Source: Desulfatiglandales bacterium
GTDB taxonomy: Bacteria; Desulfobacterota; DSM-4660; Desulfatiglandales; HGW-15
Reading direction: 5' to 3'
Assembly: GCA_963667015.2 (NCBI GenBank)
Contig: CAXXJJ010000001.1
Coordinates: 1,664,001 to 1,728,000 of the forward strand
DNA: 64,000 bases
Part shown: piece by piece, positions 47,954 to 59,162 of the stretch
How the letters are laid out: each line of letters begins with the position of its first letter
How positions within the stretch are numbered: position 1 is the stretch's first letter
Notes under the pieces: model-generated
Database searches by the model: none
What the model saw: the letters and a program-made list of their open reading frames with translations, nothing else
Told to the model about the DNA's origin: nothing
Made by a program: the position numbers and the translations under genes

Positions 47954-50053
47954 ATGAGAGTCGATAAAAGTCTAATTGTCTGGTCCATAATAGGAACAGG
48001 CATATCATCAATTACCGTTCAGCTTGTTACTATTCGTGAATTTCTAACCCAGTTTCGCGGCAATGAAATTACAATCTCGCTGGTCCTTTTCATATGGCTT
48101 CTGCTGAATGGCATTGGAAGCCTTTTAAGTAAATTTATAAGGATATCAAAGGCCTCTACCTATTCTCTGATAATTCTGTTTATAGCTCTCTGGCCGCTTC
48201 TCCAGCTGATCATCATCAGGTATTTTAGAGATATACTAATAGGACACGGGACGTCGCCCGGGTTTTACCAGATATTTTTCTATGTAACAATCACGACAGC
48301 CCCCTATGCCCTTTTGACCGGATATGTACTTCCCTGCGCCCTTGATCTCCTTAAGGTACATCATCATGATTTCACATCGGGCGAGTTGTATATCACGGAT
48401 AATATAGGAGACATACTGGGAGGTGTGATATTCAGCTTTATTCTTGTCTACTGGCTGAATCCCTTTAAAACAATTGCAGTAACTTCAGGTATTTTGGTAC
48501 TTACATCACTTCAATTATTCATCAGGGACAAAAAGAATCACCTGACGGTCATGGCATTGATGGCAGGTGTCGTATTCTGTGTATATTCATTCAATTCCGG
48601 GTTTGAAAAATCGACTCTGGTAAAACAGTATGGCGATATCATACAATACAGGGAGACTCCTATCGGGAGGCTGGTAATAACAGAGGAGGAATCCCAGCAT
48701 ACTTTCTGGGAATCGGGTGCCCCGCTATATTCAGATGGAGATATTATAAGCAGTGAAGAGAAGGTGCATTACCCCATGTGCCAGCTTGATAAACCTCCTG
48801 GAGATGTCCTCCTGATATCAGGCGGTATAGGTGAAACCCTGCCGGAGATATATAAATATCATCCTGAAAATATTGATTATGTTGAGCTTGATCCGGCACT
48901 TACTGATATGGCTGTTGCTGCTGGTATTTTAAGAAAAATGCCCGGTTTGAACATAATAAATCTTGATGCGCGTGCCTTTCTTAAAAAAACTAAAAAAAGA
49001 TATGATGCAATTATTATTGATCTGCCGGAACCGGATACCTTTCAATTGAATCGTTTTTTTACTTCCGAATTTTATGCAATTACAAAAGAGAGACTGAATA
49101 AAAATGGTATTTTATCATTTGGTGTTAAATCTTACGAAAATTATATAAGTGATATTGCTAAAAGTAAATTGTCATCAATGTACAATACTGTAAGTCAATA
49201 TTATAATAATGTTGAGGTTATTCCCGGAAATGAGGCCTATTTTATCTGCTGTGACGGAGGTCTTACTTTGGATATTCCCGCCCGGCTTGAACAAAAATCT
49301 ATAGATACGGAATACATACAATACTACTTTTATGGCAATATTACCCCGGAACGCATTTCTCTCCTTAAAAACAGCCTTGACCCGGATGAATATGTAAACA
49401 CCGATTTTGAACCGAGGTTATTGAATATTTCATTTAAAGAATGGTTCTCAAAGTACGGATCGACACCCACTGCCTTCCTTATCACCGTTATATGTTTTGT
49501 TTTGTTATACATATTTCTTATGAAAAAGGAGGAGTATATCCTTTTTTCTTCCGGTATGGCTTCAATGGCCGTTGAAATGCTTGTAATTTACTGTTTTCAG
49601 ATAATGTATGGCTATGTATACCTGAAGGTAGGCATGCTGGTAACGGCATTTCTTTTCGGGCTTCTGCCCGGTGCTGCCATAGGGAATTTATTCAGGCAGA
49701 AAAGATTTTCCGGGCTTCTCCTCTCAGAAATTTTGATTATAGGCCTATTATTCTCTTTTTTTATCTGGATAAGTTTTATAAAATCAGACCTCCATCAGAT
49801 ATGGTTCATCATATACAGTATCCTGTTTACATTTCTCTGCGGATTCCAGTTTCCGGTTGTAACGGGGATAATTGGTGAAAAAAACAGTCCTGCTGCAGGA
49901 TGTCTGGCGGCTGATCTTGCAGGCGCAGCAACAGGGACATTGCTTGCAGGTACGTTGCTGGTCCCGCTGGCAGGGATTCAGGCTACGGTAATTATTATAA
50001 TATGTATAAAAATAACCAGCAGTTTAATTATTCTTTTTAGCAGCAAAACCTGA
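47954..50053 (+). CDS. Multi-pass membrane protein fused to a spermidine-synthase-like SAM-binding domain
   Basis: N- and C-terminal TM bundles; VLLISGGIG, VELDP, DAR, YDAIIIDLPEP, NRFFTSEFY. Confidence 0.8.
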   Translation: MRVDKSLIVWSIIGTGISSITVQLVTIREFLTQFRGNEITISLVLFIWLLLNGIGSLLSKFIRISKASTYSLIILFIALWPLLQLIIIRYFRDILIGHGTSPGFYQIFFYVTITTAPYALLTGYVLPCALDLLKVHHHDFTSGELYITDNIGDILGGVIFSFILVYWLNPFKTIAVTSGILVLTSLQLFIRDKKNHLTVMALMAGVVFCVYSFNSGFEKSTLVKQYGDIIQYRETPIGRLVITEEESQHTFWESGAPLYSDGDIISSEEKVHYPMCQLDKPPGDVLLISGGIGETLPEIYKYHPENIDYVELDPALTDMAVAAGILRKMPGLNIINLDARAFLKKTKKRYDAIIIDLPEPDTFQLNRFFTSEFYAITKERLNKNGILSFGVKSYENYISDIAKSKLSSMYNTVSQYYNNVEVIPGNEAYFICCDGGLTLDIPARLEQKSIDTEYIQYYFYGNITPERISLLKNSLDPDEYVNTDFEPRLLNISFKEWFSKYGSTPTAFLITVICFVLLYIFLMKKEEYILFSSGMASMAVEMLVIYCFQIMYGYVYLKVGMLVTAFLFGLLPGAAIGNLFRQKRFSGLLLSEILIIGLLFSFFIWISFIKSDLHQIWFIIYSILFTFLCGFQFPVVTGIIGEKNSPAAGCLAADLAGAATGTLLAGTLLVPLAGIQATVIIIICIKITSSLIILFSSKT

Positions 50054-50075
50054 AGCCGGGAGTAACTAGCTGATT

Positions 50076-51266
50076 ATGCCTGGGATGTTAACCCGAAAAG
50101 AGTTCCTGAAATCAATGGGTGCTGGCGTCTCACTCCTTTTACTCGGGGCACCGGGTTACGGGGCGTTTGCCGGTGAACCCTCTTTGGGAAAAAGTATAAA
50201 AGGGTCTGTTTTTAAGGGCGATGCCCCGGATAAACCCTGGAAGTGGTCTGTCGAGGCAAGGTATTATGAAAAGATCGGTAATGATACAAGGTGTCATGTT
50301 TGCCCCAACCACTGTTATCTTGAGCCGGGTGACAGAAGTGTATGCCGGTCAAAGGTAAATATTGACGGTAAATTATATTCACTCACATATGGTAATCCAT
50401 GTACCTTTCATATCGATCCCATAGAAAAAAAACCTCTCAATCATTTTTTCCCCGGCTCTTCTGTCTTTTCCATTGCTGCTACAGGTTGTAACCTCAGGTG
50501 CTTAAATTGCCAGAACTGGGAAATATCCCAGAAAAGGCCGGAGGATGTAAGCCACAGTGAACTTTTTCCTGCCGATGTAGTTGCATCAGCCGAAAAAAAA
50601 AGTGTGCCGTCAATTGCCTTTACATATTCGGAGGCAATTACCTATTATGAATATATGTATGATACTGCAGAATATGCCCGGAAAGCAGGAATAAAAAATG
50701 TCCTTGTTTCAAATGGTTATATCAATGATAAACCTCTTTCCAGCCTGGCGGGCCTTATTGATGCGGCAAATATAAACCTGAAATCCTTTGATAATAATAT
50801 CTATATGGCCCTGAATGGCGGCACCCTGGCCCCGGTTCTAAATACCTTTAAAAGGCTTCACCGGGAGGGTGTCTGGTTTGAGATGACGACGCTGGTCGTT
50901 CCTGGCTATATTGATGACCCTGAGATGATAAAAAGGATGTGCGGCTGGATACTTAAGGAGCTCGGACCTGACTATCCTCTTCATTTTTCAAGGTTTTTTC
51001 CCAAATATAAACTTAACCGGCTGCCCGCAACGCCCATATCCCTGCTTGAAAAATTCCGAAATCTGGCCATTAAGGAAGGTCTTCATTATGTTTATCTTGG
51101 CAATGTCCCCGGACATGAAGGATGCCAAACATATTGCCATAATTGTGGAAAAATTATCATAGAGCGTGCAGGCTATTACATAAAACAGATGAATATTGAA
51201 GATGGAAAATGTATCTATTGCAGGACTGTGATACCGGGCCGATGGACCGGCAATGAACAGGTCTAG
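50076..51266 (+). CDS. AmmeMemoRadiSam system radical SAM enzyme with Tat-like leader
   Basis: DPIEKKPLNHF, GCNLRCLNCQNWEISQ (CxxxCxxC), PLHFSRFFP, YVYLGNV; N-terminal LTRKEFLK plus hydrophobic stretch. Confidence 0.9.
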   Translation: MPGMLTRKEFLKSMGAGVSLLLLGAPGYGAFAGEPSLGKSIKGSVFKGDAPDKPWKWSVEARYYEKIGNDTRCHVCPNHCYLEPGDRSVCRSKVNIDGKLYSLTYGNPCTFHIDPIEKKPLNHFFPGSSVFSIAATGCNLRCLNCQNWEISQKRPEDVSHSELFPADVVASAEKKSVPSIAFTYSEAITYYEYMYDTAEYARKAGIKNVLVSNGYINDKPLSSLAGLIDAANINLKSFDNNIYMALNGGTLAPVLNTFKRLHREGVWFEMTTLVVPGYIDDPEMIKRMCGWILKELGPDYPLHFSRFFPKYKLNRLPATPISLLEKFRNLAIKEGLHYVYLGNVPGHEGCQTYCHNCGKIIIERAGYYIKQMNIEDGKCIYCRTVIPGRWTGNEQV

Positions 51267-51352
51267 AAAATACTGCATTTATAATGTAAATTTATAAATT
51301 TTGTTTCTTGTTTTTTCTTGACAGCTACTGTGGTTAATTATAAAAACTACGC

Positions 51353-51370
51353 TTGTTAAAAAATGCACAA
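51353..51370 (+). promoter_or_regulatory. Rex-like operator upstream of aprBA
   Basis: TTGTTAA-AAAA-TGCACAA versus Rex consensus TTGTGAA-N4-TTCACAA; downstream of TTGACA at 51318. Confidence 0.6.
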
Positions 51371-51568
51371 AGTCAGTATTAGGTTTTTTTAGGATTAGGA
51401 TTAGGAGTATGTTTCGGAGGGAGAATATAAAAATCTAAATGATTTTGTATAGTTATTAATAAAACAGAGTCATTGAAGGAAGGAGGTGTACCACTACTGA
51501 ATTAATTAAATATCAATTAATTAAGGTACTTTAATTCTAAAAATTTCGTTAACTCAGGAGGTATAATA

Positions 51569-52006
51569 ATGCCAAGTTATGTGATTACAGAGAAGTGTGA
51601 CGGTTGCAAGGGCCAGGACAGAACTGCCTGTATGTATATTTGCCCTAACGACCTGATGGTTTTAGACAAGGAAAGAATGAAGGCATACAATCGTGATGCC
51701 ATGATGTGCTGGGAATGTATGTGCTGTGTAAAACTTTGCCCCCAGCAGGCAATGGATGTTCGTGGTTATGCTGATTTTATGCCCATGGGCGCAAGCGCTA
51801 CCCCGTTGAGAGGTACCGAAGACATCATGTGGACCGTAAAGTTCCGTGATGGTTCAATCAAAAGATTTAAGTTCCCCACAAGGACAACCCCGGAAGGCTC
51901 GGCTGATCCATTGGCAGGGTTCGCAACCCACGATGACATTAACAGCAACGCATTGGCCACAGAACCTGCATCATTACTTATTGATGCTGTTCCAGTACCC
52001 AAGTAA
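51569..52006 (+). CDS. aprB: Adenylylsulfate reductase beta subunit
   Basis: MPSYV..KCDGCKGQDRTACMYICPNDLM, CWECMCCVKLCPQQA, KRFKFPTRTTPEG. Confidence 0.97.
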   Translation: MPSYVITEKCDGCKGQDRTACMYICPNDLMVLDKERMKAYNRDAMMCWECMCCVKLCPQQAMDVRGYADFMPMGASATPLRGTEDIMWTVKFRDGSIKRFKFPTRTTPEGSADPLAGFATHDDINSNALATEPASLLIDAVPVPK

Positions 52007-52027
52007 TTAAAAAGGAGGTATTTTATT

Positions 52028-53911
52028 ATGGCAAATTTTGAAACAGTTGAAGTAACTACCGACCTCCTGATTCTTGGTGGAGGTTTTTCCGCATGTGGAG
52101 CTGCAACAGAAGCAGCTTACTGGGCAAAGAAAAACAATCTTAAAATAACACTCGTTGACAAAGCAGCTATTGACAGGTCTGGTGCTGTTGCAATGGGTCT
52201 TTCAGCTATCAACCAGTATGTTAGCGTATCTGACGGTACCAATACTGTTGAAGATTACGTACGTTACGTCCGTCAGGACCTCATGGGTATCTCAAGGGAA
52301 GACCTTGTATACAATATTGCCCGTCACGTTGATGGTACAGTTCACATGTTTGAAAAATGGGGACTCAAGATCTGGAAAGACGAAGAAGGCAAATACGTTC
52401 ATGAAGGCCGCTGGCAGCTCATGATCAACGGTGAGTCCTACAAGATCCTCGTTGCTGAAGCAGCAAAGAACGCCCTTGCAGATGCAGGCGGCGAAATCTA
52501 TGAGAGAATTTTCATTACAGATCCTATCATGGACGGCAACAAGTGTGTTGGCGCTATCGGTTTCAGCACCCGCGAAGAAAAATTTTACGTATTCAAGGCT
52601 AAAGCAGTTATAGTTGCCCTTGGTGGTGCTGTTCATATCTTCAGGCCACGTTCAGTTGGTGAAGGTTTTGGACGTTCCTGGTATCCTCCTTTCAACTCTG
52701 GTTCAAGTGCTTATATGACACTGAAGGCCGGCGCTGAAATGACATGTCAGGAAGTTCGTTTTATTCCTGTACGTTTTAAAGATGCTTACGGTCCTGTTGG
52801 TGCATGGTTCCTCCTGTTCCAGTCTAGAGCAATCAGTGCTGAAGGCGGCGAGTACATGTCAGTTAGAAAAGATGAGCTTAACAACTGGGCTCCTTACGGA
52901 CTGGCCAAACCAATTCCTGCAAACCTGAGAAACTATCTTGGTATGCTGGATACAGACGAAGGTCTTGGTCCTCTGTACATGGAAACAGACGAAGCCATCC
53001 AGAACCTGGCAAAGAAATACGAAGATGATCCCAAGGCCTTCAAGAAGAAAATGAAAGAACTTGAAAGCGAAGCATGGGAAGACTTCCTGGATATGACCAT
53101 CTCACAGGCTATTCTGTGGGCATCACTCAACGTTAAACCCGAAGAAAAACACTCTGAAATCGCAGCCTGCGAACCTTACTTCATCGGTTCTCACTCAGGT
53201 GCTTCAGGTGCATGGGTAAGCGGTCCTGAAGATCTTGATACTCCCTACAAATGGGGATATGAAAACATGACCACCGTTGACGCCATGTTCGCAACCGGTG
53301 ACGCATCCGGTGCTTCAAGCCATAAATTCTCTTCAGGTTCACATACCGAGGGTAGAATTGCCGGTAAGGCAGCTATCAAGTACATCCTCGAAAAAGGAAC
53401 AGATCCTGTTGTTGATATGGCTAAAGTAGAAGAGATGAAGAAGGTTGTTCTCAATCCTCTGGATCTTTTCGAAGCAAATAAAGATAAATATACAGATCCT
53501 GAAGTTAATACCGAGTACATCATGCCCAGGCAGTTCCTGTTCAGACTCCAGAAGATCATGGATGAGTATGCAGGTGGTGTTACCGCTGCTTTCAAGACCA
53601 GCAAAGCCAACCTGGAAAGAGGCCTTGAGCTCATGGAATACCTCAAAGAGGATTCTGACAAAATGGCAGCAAGAGACCTTCATGAACTCATGAGAGCATG
53701 GGAAAATATCCAGAGAATGTGGATTGCCGAGTCTCATATCCGCACAATGCTGTTCAGGGAAGAGACAAGGTGGCCTGGATACTATTTCAGGGCTGATACA
53801 CCTAAGATGGATGAAGAAAACTGGAAATGTTTCGCCAACTGTCGCTACAACCCGGACAACGGCGAATGGGAAATGTCCAAGAAAGACATCTGGAACATTC
53901 CTGGTGTCTAG
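52028..53911 (+). CDS. aprA: Adenylylsulfate reductase alpha subunit
   Basis: DKAAIDRSGAVAMGLSAIN, WQLMINGESYK, RFKDAYGPVGAWFL, HKFSSGSH, REETRWPGYY. Confidence 0.97.
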   Translation: MANFETVEVTTDLLILGGGFSACGAATEAAYWAKKNNLKITLVDKAAIDRSGAVAMGLSAINQYVSVSDGTNTVEDYVRYVRQDLMGISREDLVYNIARHVDGTVHMFEKWGLKIWKDEEGKYVHEGRWQLMINGESYKILVAEAAKNALADAGGEIYERIFITDPIMDGNKCVGAIGFSTREEKFYVFKAKAVIVALGGAVHIFRPRSVGEGFGRSWYPPFNSGSSAYMTLKAGAEMTCQEVRFIPVRFKDAYGPVGAWFLLFQSRAISAEGGEYMSVRKDELNNWAPYGLAKPIPANLRNYLGMLDTDEGLGPLYMETDEAIQNLAKKYEDDPKAFKKKMKELESEAWEDFLDMTISQAILWASLNVKPEEKHSEIAACEPYFIGSHSGASGAWVSGPEDLDTPYKWGYENMTTVDAMFATGDASGASSHKFSSGSHTEGRIAGKAAIKYILEKGTDPVVDMAKVEEMKKVVLNPLDLFEANKDKYTDPEVNTEYIMPRQFLFRLQKIMDEYAGGVTAAFKTSKANLERGLELMEYLKEDSDKMAARDLHELMRAWENIQRMWIAESHIRTMLFREETRWPGYYFRADTPKMDEENWKCFANCRYNPDNGEWEMSKKDIWNIPGV

Positions 53912-53938
53912 TAGATACTGATCATTTCTAATGATTAT

Positions 53939-53971
53939 AGCCCCTGCCGATTGTTCGGCAGGGGCTTTTTT
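53939..53971 (+). terminator. Rho-independent terminator of aprBA
   Basis: AGCCCCTGCCGA-TTGT-TCGGCAGGGGCT followed by a T run. Confidence 0.9.
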
Positions 53972-53995
53972 GTTTAAATAAAACGGGCGGCACCA

Positions 53996-55735
53996 ATGAT
54001 ATATCTGTTCAGACTCTTTGCATACCTGAAAAACTATAAGCGTAACATGACGTTTTTCATGTTTCTTACACTCCTGTCTGTCATCTTCACAATGCTGCAG
54101 CCAAAGCTCATCGAATGGGTCATTGATAAAGGTATAGCTGCCGGAGTTGGTAAAAATATTATCTATGGCGCTGCGGGTATTTTTCTTTTCGGGCTTATCG
54201 GTAATGCGGCCAATCTCTTTGGCGGCTTTTCACTCATCAAGGCTGGGCAGGGATTAAGTCATGATATGCGGAGCGATCTTTTTAGAAAAATAGTCTCATT
54301 CTCTTTTGTGAATTTTGATAAATGGCGAACCGGAGAATTGATGGTGAGGTTGAACTCTGATGTGAACACTGTCCGCATGTTTATAAGGATGGGGCTTTTC
54401 ATGATTGTTCAGTCAATGGTGACAATCTTCGGCAGTATTATCTTCATGTTTCTGACCGATATGAGGCTTGCCACTATAATGTCCATTATTATGGGGGGGA
54501 CACTCATATTGTCCCTTGCCTTTGTCAGCTTCATGCGCCCTCTTTTTATGAAGATGAGGGTGAAACTTGATGAACTCAATAATACACTTCAGGAAAATCT
54601 GGCGGGTTCTAAGGTGGTCAGGGCCTTTAACCGGCAGGGCTATGAAATTAAGAAATTCAGTTTTAAGAACCTTGGTATCTATAAGGTATCTCTTAAGGTC
54701 GGATATCTTTTCGGGACATTTATGCCCTTTATGCTTTTTCTCGGAAATATGTCAGTCACATTGATACTGTGGCTGGGAGGTTCAGAAATTATCCTGAATT
54801 ATAATGCCGGCACTACAGGGTTTACTCTGGGGCAATTGATCGCATTTAACAACTACGCGATGATGTCTATTTTCCCGCTTATGATGCTTGGTATGGTTTT
54901 GAATTTTGTTTCCATGGCAAGTGCTTCTGCAGAACGAATATTTAAACTGATGCAGGATATCCCCGATATTGACACACCTGAAATACCTGCGGCTGCTGAT
55001 AAGATTGATGGCCGTATTGAAATGAAAGCTGTTTCCTTTGGGTATGGCCAGGGCGAAAACGCCATTAGTGATATCAATCTGGTAATTGAGCCAGGGGAGA
55101 AGGTCGGGATTATCGGCGGGACTGGAAGCGGAAAGTCAAGCCTGGCTAATTTAATTCCAAGGCTCTACGACCCGAGGCAGGGGACCATACTCATTGATGG
55201 TGTGGATATTAAAAAATATGACCCTTCTGAATTAAGAAAAAAGGTTGGCATTGTTCTTCAGGATTCGATTCTTTTCTCAGGCGGGATCAGAGAGAATATT
55301 CTTTATGGAAATCCTGATGGCGGACAGGATATAGCAGAAAGGGCAGCAGGAATAGCCCAGGCACTTTCCTTTATTGAGGAGAAGGGTTGGGATACCGGCA
55401 TAGGAGAAAGGGGCACAGGTCTCTCGGGCGGTCAGCGTCAGAGGGTGGCCATCGCAAGGGCGATTGCCTCAAATCCCTCAATAATAATTCTCGATGACGT
55501 TACCTCATCTCTTGACCTTGAGACCGAAAGAAAGGTCACAAGGGGTATCTATGATGAACTGAATAACGCTACAGTCCTTATTATAAGTCAGAAGATAAAG
55601 ACCATTAAGGAAAGCAATAGGATCATTGTAATGGATAAGGGAAGAATTATCGGCATCGGAACCCATGAAGAACTTTTAGGCCGCAATGATATATACAGGC
55701 AGATTGCTGAGACACAAAATGAGTATATACATTAG
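53996..55735 (+). CDS. ABC exporter half-transporter (degenerate nucleotide-binding domain, TM287-like)
   Basis: TMD plus GGTGSGKS and LSGGQRQR; Walker B ILDD and switch Q instead of E/H. Confidence 0.9.
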   Translation: MIYLFRLFAYLKNYKRNMTFFMFLTLLSVIFTMLQPKLIEWVIDKGIAAGVGKNIIYGAAGIFLFGLIGNAANLFGGFSLIKAGQGLSHDMRSDLFRKIVSFSFVNFDKWRTGELMVRLNSDVNTVRMFIRMGLFMIVQSMVTIFGSIIFMFLTDMRLATIMSIIMGGTLILSLAFVSFMRPLFMKMRVKLDELNNTLQENLAGSKVVRAFNRQGYEIKKFSFKNLGIYKVSLKVGYLFGTFMPFMLFLGNMSVTLILWLGGSEIILNYNAGTTGFTLGQLIAFNNYAMMSIFPLMMLGMVLNFVSMASASAERIFKLMQDIPDIDTPEIPAAADKIDGRIEMKAVSFGYGQGENAISDINLVIEPGEKVGIIGGTGSGKSSLANLIPRLYDPRQGTILIDGVDIKKYDPSELRKKVGIVLQDSILFSGGIRENILYGNPDGGQDIAERAAGIAQALSFIEEKGWDTGIGERGTGLSGGQRQRVAIARAIASNPSIIILDDVTSSLDLETERKVTRGIYDELNNATVLIISQKIKTIKESNRIIVMDKGRIIGIGTHEELLGRNDIYRQIAETQNEYIH

Positions 55736-55792
55736 ATAGCTTTATCATAAGTATTTTTTGAATAGAATCCTGGTAATTGGGACATTTAATAT

Positions 55793-57646
55793 ATGGAAAA
55801 GAAAAGTAAGCTTAAAAAGCGAAGACCTCCTGCCGGAGGACCGGGGCCCCGCCCTCACATGATAGAGTCTGCGAAAGATGTAAAAGGTGCCTTTAAAAGG
55901 CTTTTTGCCTATTTTGGAACACAGAAAATACTGCTGGCTGTTTCTAGTGTTATTATCTTCATAAGCGTCTTTCTTGGGACAGCCGGCCCGGCTGTACTTG
56001 GTAAAGCCATCACTGATTACCTTGAAAGAGATCCGAATCTATCGCTGTTTTTAAAACAGGTTGTTATTCTGCTGATAATATATGCAGGAGCCTGGATTAC
56101 AGAGGCATTTACAAGGATAGCACTTATCAAGGCATCAAATAATATCATATTCAGAATGAGACAGGATGCCTTTAATCATATCCAGGAATTATCAATGTCT
56201 TACTTTGATAAAGAAGACGTTGGAGAAATTATGTCGCGCCTGACTAATGACATTGAGGCGATCGAACAGGGGGTAAATAATGTATTCAGCGAGGGGCTGA
56301 GGGGTATTCTAAGCGTATTAATGACCCTTTCAGCCATGCTTATGCTTAACGTCCGGTTCACCATGATTGTTGTTGCCACTATTCCTGTCATGGGTTTTGT
56401 AGCTGCTGTAATCGGAATCAGGGTAAGAAAGGCCTTCAGGGTAAACCAGCAGAAGATTGCTGATTTAAGTTCAAAGGTCGAAGAATCCGTATCAGGTGTC
56501 AAGGTTATAAAGACATTCGGTATGGAGAAAGAGGAAATCCGGGATTTTGAGAGGGTAAGTATTGAAGCAAGGGATGCAGGGACTGCAGCCGAGATGCTGT
56601 CACATATCTTTTTCCCTGTAATGCAGTTGATAACCACTGTTATACTGGCCTCAATAGTAGGCATAGGAGGCTACCTTGTTCTGGGTAACAGCGATGTATT
56701 TTCCATCGGTCTTCTTACCACTTTTATAATGTATTCAAGAAATTTCCTCTGGCCTGTTGCGCAGATATCAGGAATTTATAATGTTATCCAGGCAGCCCTG
56801 GCAGGCGCGGAAAGGGTCTTTGAGATCCTTGATACAGAACCTGCTGTTATGGAAAAACCTGTTTCTGTTCCTTTTAAAGAGGGAGATATTGTTTTCAGCA
56901 ATGTTCATTTTTCATATGAAGAAGATAAACCGGTTCTTGAAGACATCAATCTGACTGTGCCACATGGAAGTGCCATAGCTATTGTGGGGCCTACAGGCGC
57001 CGGAAAGACCACAATGATTAATCTTCTCAACCGATTCTACGATGTTAAGCAGGGATCAATATCAATAAACGGGACAGACCTACGTGATATGGAAATAGAT
57101 ACATTGAGATCGTCTCTTGGCGTCGTTCTCCAGGAACCTTTCTTTTTTGCCACAACAATACGCGAAAACCTGCTTTATGGAAATCAGGATGCTACCGAAG
57201 AAGAGATGATGGAGGCGGCAAGACTGGCCAATGCAGGTCATTTTATAAGCAGGCTGCCAAAGGGATATGATACTGTACTTACCGAGAGGGGGCTTAATAT
57301 ATCACAGGGTGAAAGGCAGCTGCTCGGGATAACCAGAGCCATCCTGAGAAATCCCTCCATTCTGATACTTGATGAGGCAACAAGTAATATCGACAGTCTC
57401 ATTGAGGCCCAGATCCAGGAGGCCCTGCTGAAGCTCATGAAGGGGAGAACATGTTTTACTATCGCCCATCGCCTTTCAACAATAAAGAATGCGGACCGGA
57501 TTATTGTAATCCACAATCATAGGATTATTGAAGAAGGGACTTATACGGAACTGATAATGAAAAACGGATTTTATGCCCAGCTGTATGCTATGCAGCAGAA
57601 TCAGGAGAATATTACAGAAGAAATGATAAAGGATGATATTTTCTGA
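55793..57646 (+). CDS. ABC exporter half-transporter (TM288-like)
   Basis: TMD plus [31 protein letters not shown]. Confidence 0.9.
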   Translation: MEKKSKLKKRRPPAGGPGPRPHMIESAKDVKGAFKRLFAYFGTQKILLAVSSVIIFISVFLGTAGPAVLGKAITDYLERDPNLSLFLKQVVILLIIYAGAWITEAFTRIALIKASNNIIFRMRQDAFNHIQELSMSYFDKEDVGEIMSRLTNDIEAIEQGVNNVFSEGLRGILSVLMTLSAMLMLNVRFTMIVVATIPVMGFVAAVIGIRVRKAFRVNQQKIADLSSKVEESVSGVKVIKTFGMEKEEIRDFERVSIEARDAGTAAEMLSHIFFPVMQLITTVILASIVGIGGYLVLGNSDVFSIGLLTTFIMYSRNFLWPVAQISGIYNVIQAALAGAERVFEILDTEPAVMEKPVSVPFKEGDIVFSNVHFSYEEDKPVLEDINLTVPHGSAIAIVGPTGAGKTTMINLLNRFYDVKQGSISINGTDLRDMEIDTLRSSLGVVLQEPFFFATTIRENLLYGNQDATEEEMMEAARLANAGHFISRLPKGYDTVLTERGLNISQGERQLLGITRAILRNPSILILDEATSNIDSLIEAQIQEALLKLMKGRTCFTIAHRLSTIKNADRIIVIHNHRIIEEGTYTELIMKNGFYAQLYAMQQNQENITEEMIKDDIF

Positions 57647-57828
57647 TTTGCACACATCCTGAAAAGTTTGCCACAGAGGGTTACAATATCCTGATTGTAG
57701 CGGATAAATACCAGACCGGTTTTGATCAACCCCTGCTCCATACCATGTATGTGGACAAGAAACTTTCTGGCGTCCAGACATTATCACGGCTTACTCATGT
57801 ATTGGGATATTGGATATGGAATATTATT

Positions 57829-58260
57829 TTACAGGGTTTTAAAGGGATTTTTAATAAACATTTCATCCAGCTTAAAACCATCCTGGAGGTCTTCAGATAA
57901 TACAAACATGCAATCAGCGGCTTTCGCAGATTGTAAGATCATTGCATCCCAAAATGAAATGCTGTTATTTTTATGCAGATGAATAGCTGCTGTAACCATA
58001 TTGTAGTCCGGTCGGACAATTCGGAGAATAGAGATATATTGAAGAAATTCCAGAGCTTCTTCTATTGACAAAGGGTTTTTAATCTTGTGTGTGGATACCT
58101 GAAAAAATTCCTGAAGTACCTGGATACTGATTGCACCACTCTCATTTATAATATGATGTTTTACCAGTTCTCTTGCAAGTTCTCTTTTCTTTTTTTCTTT
58201 TGAAGATGTATCGATTGCGTAAATGAAAATATTGGTATCCAGAAATGTTCTATCGTTCAT
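57829..58260 (-). CDS. PIN domain toxin (VapC-like)
   Basis: [33 protein letters not shown]. Confidence 0.88.
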   Translation of the reverse strand: MNDRTFLDTNIFIYAIDTSSKEKKKRELARELVKHHIINESGAISIQVLQEFFQVSTHKIKNPLSIEEALEFLQYISILRIVRPDYNMVTAAIHLHKNNSISFWDAMILQSAKAADCMFVLSEDLQDGFKLDEMFIKNPFKTL

Positions 58261-58480
58261 GTATTTCTTCCCTTGTCCAGGTTTTTGTCCCTATTTTGGC
58301 TTTGCAACGATCGTAAAAAGATTCAAGCCCCATAAGAGAGGTTTCTTTCCTGGAATCCTGCGATACAAATTCTTCAATTTTTTCTCTTATAATGGCATTA
58401 ATTGATACCTTTCTTTCCGCGGCGATGTGCCTGGCTTTCTTTAAAAGATCATCATCTATTTTTAATGTGACATTTGCCAT
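58250..58480 (-). CDS. Putative ribbon-helix-helix antitoxin
   Basis: MANVTLKIDDDLLKKARHIAAERKVSINAIIRE...WTREEIHER; overlaps the PIN gene. Confidence 0.8.
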   Translation of the reverse strand: MANVTLKIDDDLLKKARHIAAERKVSINAIIREKIEEFVSQDSRKETSLMGLESFYDRCKAKIGTKTWTREEIHER

Positions 58481-58511
58481 TTTTTCTGCTCCTGTTTTAT
58501 TTAGTTTATAT

Positions 58512-58540
58512 AAATTAGCACAGTATATGTGCTGTGTCAA
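58512..58540 (-). promoter_or_regulatory. TA operon promoter with palindromic operator
   Basis: TTGACA-17 nt-TAATTT on the minus strand; AGCACA-N5-TGTGCT (58517-58533) in the spacer. Confidence 0.6.
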
Positions 58541-58995
58541 AAAGTAAGAAGTTGAGTGTGGAGCGACAATACTGCAATAATTAAAAGATAATTTTTATAA
58601 TATCGTGAGACTTACCTTTAGTTTGTTCCCTCTTTCAGTATCTCCTTATATTTTTCCCTGTCTAATGCTATTAATATTGGGCATTTCCAGTGCTTTGAGC
58701 GACATAATAAGGTTATACTTTTGGGAGATTTAGTTGAATGAAAAAGCTGTCGGGTCTCATTATTTGAAACAATTTTGATTTCCTGGTGACAAAAGACCAG
58801 ACTATCCTCAAAAAACACGGAAATGCATTATATCAGGTTAATACAGATGCCGCAAAGAAGTGATTATTATCATTCGCTCAACTGATACTTCCCTTTATTT
58901 TTTCGCAGTTAATCTATCCGATTTTTATGCAGGATATTGGATTTTTTATTGCAGTTACTCGTTAATGTGAATTTGATTTATGTGAAACTGTAACC

Positions 58996-59013
58996 TTGTG
59001 ATGTATTTCACAA
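58996..59013 (+). promoter_or_regulatory. Rex-like operator upstream of ETF-QO
   Basis: TTGTGAT-GTAT-TTCACAA, one mismatch from the Rex consensus; weaker second site at 59115-59132. Confidence 0.65.
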
Positions 59014-59162
59014 AAAAGCTTGCAATCCGGTGAAATGATGTGGTAAAAGCATCAAAAAATATTATTGGGCTTACATTTCCAGGCTTTATAGATTTACAGG
59101 GAGCTGTGACTAAAACATGAGTAAATTCATGAATTTACGACATAATAGAAGGAGGCCGATCA

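Noticed and set aside
57682..57700. TACAAT-N6-ATTGTA palindrome after the ABC exporter
   Set aside because: The spacing does not fit the BlaI box or the shared operator, and it lies between convergent genes.
58618..58818. 66-aa minus-strand ORF
   Set aside because: No convincing RBS or recognisable motif; may be a gene remnant but cannot be supported.
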